From: a virus
Lineage: Duplodnaviria; Caudoviricetes
DNA length: 30,221 bases
Strand: one strand, 5' to 3'
Virus record (IMG/VR): IMGVR_UViG_3300031949_000135
Coordinates: 1-30,221 of that record
How positions within the stretch are numbered: position 1 is the first letter of the stretch; each line of letters starts with the position of its first letter. Below the pieces are notes generated by a model that was given only the letters and a program-made list of their open reading frames with translations, did no database searches and was not told the origin of the DNA. This document shows positions 26,264 through 30,221 of this stretch, piece after piece. Both the position numbers and the translations under genes were made by a program.

Positions 26264-28234
26264 ATGGACTGGAATGACGAGCGGGATGTTCTTAAAGCTC
26301 TAGGCTTTTTATACTCACTCCAAACAGCAGACGAAAGAGTCAGTCAAGTTACTACATATGATAATGGCGTTGGTTTCAATATGACCGACGCTTCTTTTTT
26401 ATCCTCAGTCGCTGAACAAGTATTTGTTCGCGGCAAAGGAATTTCTCGTGCGCAGTACGATATCGTCAAAGTAAGTTTGCGAAAATACAATGGTCAATTA
26501 GGAAGTTATTTCTTGGATTCTGTAGAGCTTCCAAAAACCGCTGTAGTGTACGAAAAAGATAAGCAACTTAGCGTTGACGGCATCATTCGCGTGAAAGAAA
26601 CGGAGCTTACATTTGAGCCATTCATTTATCCATCAACGCAAATAAAGACTATAGGATTTCGTTGGAGTCAGGATGGTTCAAAGACTTGGTTTGCTCCGCT
26701 GAATCTTTCTAATTTTGAAAAAGTAAAAGAGATGTTTACCAATCATGCTGTGGACGAGTCGGTTGGGATATGGCTCGCAAAATTAGAAGAATCTGTAGAG
26801 CTAAGTGAAGACACGCTAAGAAGTGATCTTTTCGTATTTCAGCGTGAAGCTGTGTCATTTGAGGTGAAGTCTAAAAGAAGTTTACTGGGATTAGCTCCGG
26901 GTCTTGGAAAAACTCCAGTATCTATATCGGCAATAAAAGAACTTGGTGGAAATACTTTAGTTATCTGTCCATTGCCTCTATTGTATAACTGGCGAGATGA
27001 AATACAAAAGTGGGCAGATGAAGAGGCAGAAATTTGGCATGGATTTCTTGGGCGTGGCGAAAGTTCATGGATAATTACGAACTACGAAACTGCTCTTCGC
27101 TATATGGTAACTTATGACGAAAAGACCATTGAGAAAAATGGGAAGAAAAAGAAAGAACGCATCAATTGGCAACCAGTAGAGCAGTTCATGTTCGACAATA
27201 TAATCATTGACGAATCTGTTCTTATAAAGAACCGTAATGTTCAGCGTTATCATGCTGTGGATACACTTGCAAATAAACTACATACGGTCAAAAATGTATT
27301 CCTTCTAAGCGGTGGACCTTGTACGAAATTCTACGATGATTTATGGAGTCAATTTCATGTTCTTGATCACAAAAGATTTCCATCCTACTGGACATTCGCT
27401 AGAGATTATTGCGTTCTAGAAGACACCTTTTGGGGTACGAAAGTTGTTGCCAATCAAGCAGACGCAGCAGCTAGAATAAAGAGAGACTTCAGAGATATTT
27501 ACTTTGCTAGGACTCAGGATCAGGTACTGAATCTGCCGGATTGGATCTTCGATACGCTAGAAATTCCTATGGAGCCAGAGCAAGCTAGAATGTATCGCGA
27601 GATGCAAACAAATTTCGTAGCAATGCTTCCGGAGGGCGACAGAATAATAGCTCCGAATATTCTAGCGCAAATTACCAGACTCATTCAATTCGCAAGCAAT
27701 CCAGCCCTTCTGGGTGGACCTGATCTTCATCCTAAATGGAATACTGTTGTGGATTTGTTAGAGTACGAAACATTACCAGCTATCATCTGGACTAATTTTA
27801 TACAGACTGGTCGAATGCTCCATCAGTTTCTGGAAGCAAATAAATACAAGGTTGGAATGCTTGTAGGAGAAACTCCGAATGTTGAAAGAGATTCAATCGT
27901 AAAGAATTTTCAAGCAGGTAATCTAGATGTTATTGTGGCTCATCCAGGAGTTGGCAAGTTTGGATTAACATTGACTGCAGCAAGAACAGCAATCTACGTT
28001 GAGCGGTCATATGACGGAGATAATTATTATCAAAGTGTTCATCGGGTGCGACGTATTGGCACGACCGTATCCCCTCATGTTATCATTCTACTGTCACTGG
28101 ATGTTCGCAAGATTGACGGTGAAACAGAAGAGCACAGCACGGTAGATCATGTAATTCACAAGGTTCTTGGATTCAAACGAGAAAATAACATTCAGTTGAC
28201 TACAGGACTTGTTAGAGAGGTACTTGGTGGATAA
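26264..28234 (+). CDS. SNF2-family (SF2) helicase/ATPase with N-terminal accessory domains
   Basis: PGLGKT, VICP..L..NW..EI, IITNYE, IIDES, LLSG.P, GLTLTAA, Q...R..RIG. Confidence 0.92.
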   Translation: MDWNDERDVLKALGFLYSLQTADERVSQVTTYDNGVGFNMTDASFLSSVAEQVFVRGKGISRAQYDIVKVSLRKYNGQLGSYFLDSVELPKTAVVYEKDKQLSVDGIIRVKETELTFEPFIYPSTQIKTIGFRWSQDGSKTWFAPLNLSNFEKVKEMFTNHAVDESVGIWLAKLEESVELSEDTLRSDLFVFQREAVSFEVKSKRSLLGLAPGLGKTPVSISAIKELGGNTLVICPLPLLYNWRDEIQKWADEEAEIWHGFLGRGESSWIITNYETALRYMVTYDEKTIEKNGKKKKERINWQPVEQFMFDNIIIDESVLIKNRNVQRYHAVDTLANKLHTVKNVFLLSGGPCTKFYDDLWSQFHVLDHKRFPSYWTFARDYCVLEDTFWGTKVVANQADAAARIKRDFRDIYFARTQDQVLNLPDWIFDTLEIPMEPEQARMYREMQTNFVAMLPEGDRIIAPNILAQITRLIQFASNPALLGGPDLHPKWNTVVDLLEYETLPAIIWTNFIQTGRMLHQFLEANKYKVGMLVGETPNVERDSIVKNFQAGNLDVIVAHPGVGKFGLTLTAARTAIYVERSYDGDNYYQSVHRVRRIGTTVSPHVIILLSLDVRKIDGETEEHSTVDHVIHKVLGFKRENNIQLTTGLVREVLGG

Positions 28235-28562
28235 ACCGTTCAGAAAAGCCTTCGTAGTAGAAAGAGGAAAGTTAAATGATATGCCTGCATTAGAGCTTCA
28301 TACCGATGAAGTAATCTATCTTTTGCAAGGTACTGAAAAAGCCTCTGAGATTTCTAGGCATCTCGAGCAAAAACTTGAAGATTTCAACATTGAAACCGAC
28401 GTAATAATTCCTACAGGTCGAAGTTTTGTATCTCTTCTCCTTGGATATGCTCTGCGAGATTATCCTACATTTGTGGTTGGGATCTATGAAAATAAAGCCT
28501 ATGCTTTCATAAAAGTATTTTCAAGAGAGCTGGAGAGGATGATTAGAGATGCCACCGTTTGA
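28227..28562 (+). CDS. Hypothetical phage protein
   Basis: GTG overlapping the helicase 3' end, with a GAGG SD (track start 28209); overlaps the next gene. Confidence 0.6.
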   Translation: MDKPFRKAFVVERGKLNDMPALELHTDEVIYLLQGTEKASEISRHLEQKLEDFNIETDVIIPTGRSFVSLLLGYALRDYPTFVVGIYENKAYAFIKVFSRELERMIRDATV

Positions 28563-29424
28563 GCGAAAATTATCTCATTCAAGTTTATCTTCATTCCGAA
28601 GATGCCAAATGCGATACAAATGGGGATACATAGATAATCTTGATCCTCCTCCTTCGCCAGGTCAGATGTTCGGCAGCATAGGTCACGTAGCTCTCGGCGA
28701 GTGGTACAGGTCTATGGCAGATCCTTTGACCGTTACAAAAGCTCAGGACAATGCGCTGAAAGCAGCCTCAGTAAAGCTGTCAGAGTATGAAGAGAAGCAG
28801 CAGGAAGAAATGCCAGATCTGTGGAATGATGTATCTACAGTCCTCCTGAGATATTTTGATTGGGCTGTAGATAATGACGATTTCGAGATGGTTCCAGATT
28901 TAATCGAGCATAAATTTGAGCTGAAATTAGGAGATTTTACTCTAATAGGATACATCGATGGAATCGTTCGAAGAAGTAACGGGTCACTCTGGGTTCTCGA
29001 GAATAAATTCAACAAACAAGTTAGAACTGGTCATCTGGACCTGGATCCTCAAATTAGTATCTATATGCTGGCAGCGAGAGCTACAGGATACGACGTTCGT
29101 GGAGCATTTTACAATGTTGTTAGAACGACGATCAAAGGAATCGCTGAAAGAGAACCAGTCGTCAGGTTGCCTGTTTTTAGAAACAATGAGGGACTTGAAA
29201 AAATTGTTGAAGAGCTTGTTCTCCAAATGATACAAATGAAAAAATTTCACGACGAGCAGGGTATATTTGCTTATCGTAACCCAACCAGAGATTGTAACTG
29301 GGATTGCGGTTTCTACGGAGCTTGCCTTGCAATGAACGATGATGGAGATCCGACACCAGTTCTAAGATCAATTCCACTAAAAGATATTGAATCTACACAC
29401 ATTGAGCTTGTAGAAGGAGAGTAA
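28549..29424 (+). CDS. PD-(D/E)XK exonuclease, Cas4/AddB-like with 4Fe-4S cysteines
   Basis: SHSSL..F..C, G..GH, GYIDG...ENK, Q..IY, C-terminal C.WDC.F...C. Confidence 0.88.
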   Translation: MPPFERKLSHSSLSSFRRCQMRYKWGYIDNLDPPPSPGQMFGSIGHVALGEWYRSMADPLTVTKAQDNALKAASVKLSEYEEKQQEEMPDLWNDVSTVLLRYFDWAVDNDDFEMVPDLIEHKFELKLGDFTLIGYIDGIVRRSNGSLWVLENKFNKQVRTGHLDLDPQISIYMLAARATGYDVRGAFYNVVRTTIKGIAEREPVVRLPVFRNNEGLEKIVEELVLQMIQMKKFHDEQGIFAYRNPTRDCNWDCGFYGACLAMNDDGDPTPVLRSIPLKDIESTHIELVEGE

Positions 29425-29425
29425 A

Positions 29426-30221
29426 ATGTCAGGTCAGATTGAAACTGTCGAGGTTCCCGATACCATTGCTTCTTCTAGAAGCATTGCTGAGCAATACGGA
29501 GTCATTCTTCAGGAGCATGAGGGATTTTTCAATCTTGAAGAAGTGAAGTGTCTGGTTTACGGAGAAAGCGGATCTGGTAAAACCGTCTTTGCCTCTTCGT
29601 GGCCAGATGCAGTATTTCTCGACATCGACAAGGGCATGTCTTCCATCACTCGAAAAGTCAGTCGCATTCCGATCGTTCCGTCCATGAAGACTACTTCTTG
29701 GGATGCGCTTGTTCGAGCTATTAATTTTCTGGAAAACACTAGCTTGCATAACTTCAGGACTGTAGTCGTTGACTCTTTGAACGAGATGCAGACTATCGCT
29801 ATGGAAGACACCCTAGCCAAATTCCCAGAAATTCGCCGACCGTATAATTCGCTTGCAAGTCAATCAGATTATGGTAAGATGCTGGGAGATTTTGACAAAG
29901 AAGTTCGACGAATTCGTTCATTACCGATGCACGTTGTTCTAATCGGTCAGGTTGCTCCGCAGGTTTATGAAACCGATATCGTTCAACCGCAGCTTGTTGG
30001 GAAGCATTCTGCGCGAAATATCTGTAGAATGGTGGATATTATTGGCTATCTCTACAAACAGGAAGGAGGCGAGGATAAAGATAAAAAGAAAGATCGTATA
30101 ATGGTTTTTGACGCAGTAAATCATGTAACTAAAGATCGTAGTGATATGCTGCCTTACACCATCAAGAACCCAACCTTTTCTCAAATGTACGCCTACTGGC
30201 AGACACAGTTCAAGCAAGAAG
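29426..30221 (+). CDS. AAA_24/Sak4-like P-loop ATPase (recombination), 3'-truncated
   Basis: Not in the ORF track. MSGQIE...LVYGESGSGKT (Walker A), FLDIDKG, TVVVDSL (Walker B), DYG, VDIIGYL, KDRS; open to the window end. Confidence 0.88.
   Translation, partial: MSGQIETVEVPDTIASSRSIAEQYGVILQEHEGFFNLEEVKCLVYGESGSGKTVFASSWPDAVFLDIDKGMSSITRKVSRIPIVPSMKTTSWDALVRAINFLENTSLHNFRTVVVDSLNEMQTIAMEDTLAKFPEIRRPYNSLASQSDYGKMLGDFDKEVRRIRSLPMHVVLIGQVAPQVYETDIVQPQLVGKHSARNICRMVDIIGYLYKQEGGEDKDKKKDRIMVFDAVNHVTKDRSDMLPYTIKNPTFSQMYAYWQTQFKQE

Noticed and set aside
28549-29424. CRISPR-associated cas4
   Set aside because: No other cas genes or array; the context is a phage recombination module.
1098-30217. All minus-strand ORFs and short alternative-frame plus ORFs
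   Set aside because: They overlap well-supported, tightly packed plus-strand genes and show no recognisable motifs; 29429-30217 are antisense to the AAA ATPase.
1-30221. tRNA/rRNA genes, integrase/att sites, introns or inteins, stop-codon recoding
   Set aside because: None recognised; genes are intact and densely packed under the standard code, with TAA, TAG and TGA all used as stops.

Overview
A 30-kb, entirely + strand segment of a tailed (siphovirus-type) phage or prophage. The order is: modification cluster (partial sulfotransferase, GT-like protein, SAM methyltransferase, second sulfotransferase); ChaB-like/protease/scaffold gene; major capsid protein; double GT2 glycosyltransferase with an HhH tail; CxxC membrane protein (DUF1360-like); neck genes; tail tube fused to a beta-propeller; tail chaperones; tape measure; Dit/baseplate/fibre genes; holins and a GH25+SH3 endolysin; then, from a new promoter, an SNF2 helicase, a Cas4/AddB-like nuclease and a Sak4-like ATPase. 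Terminase, portal and integrase are not in the window. The host is probably a monoderm bacterium (Chloroflexota is my guess, by inference only). The best candidates for new biology are: (1) a phage-encoded glycosylation/methylation/sulfation pathway built into the head module, possibly making a sulfated virion glycan; (2) unusually Cys-rich capsid, neck and tail-tube proteins beside a CxxC membrane protein, suggesting a phage disulfide-forming system; (3) nested in-frame genes with strong SD sites, a probable +1 chaperone frameshift and SD-sequestering RNA structures. All family calls come from motif recognition by eye, not database searches.
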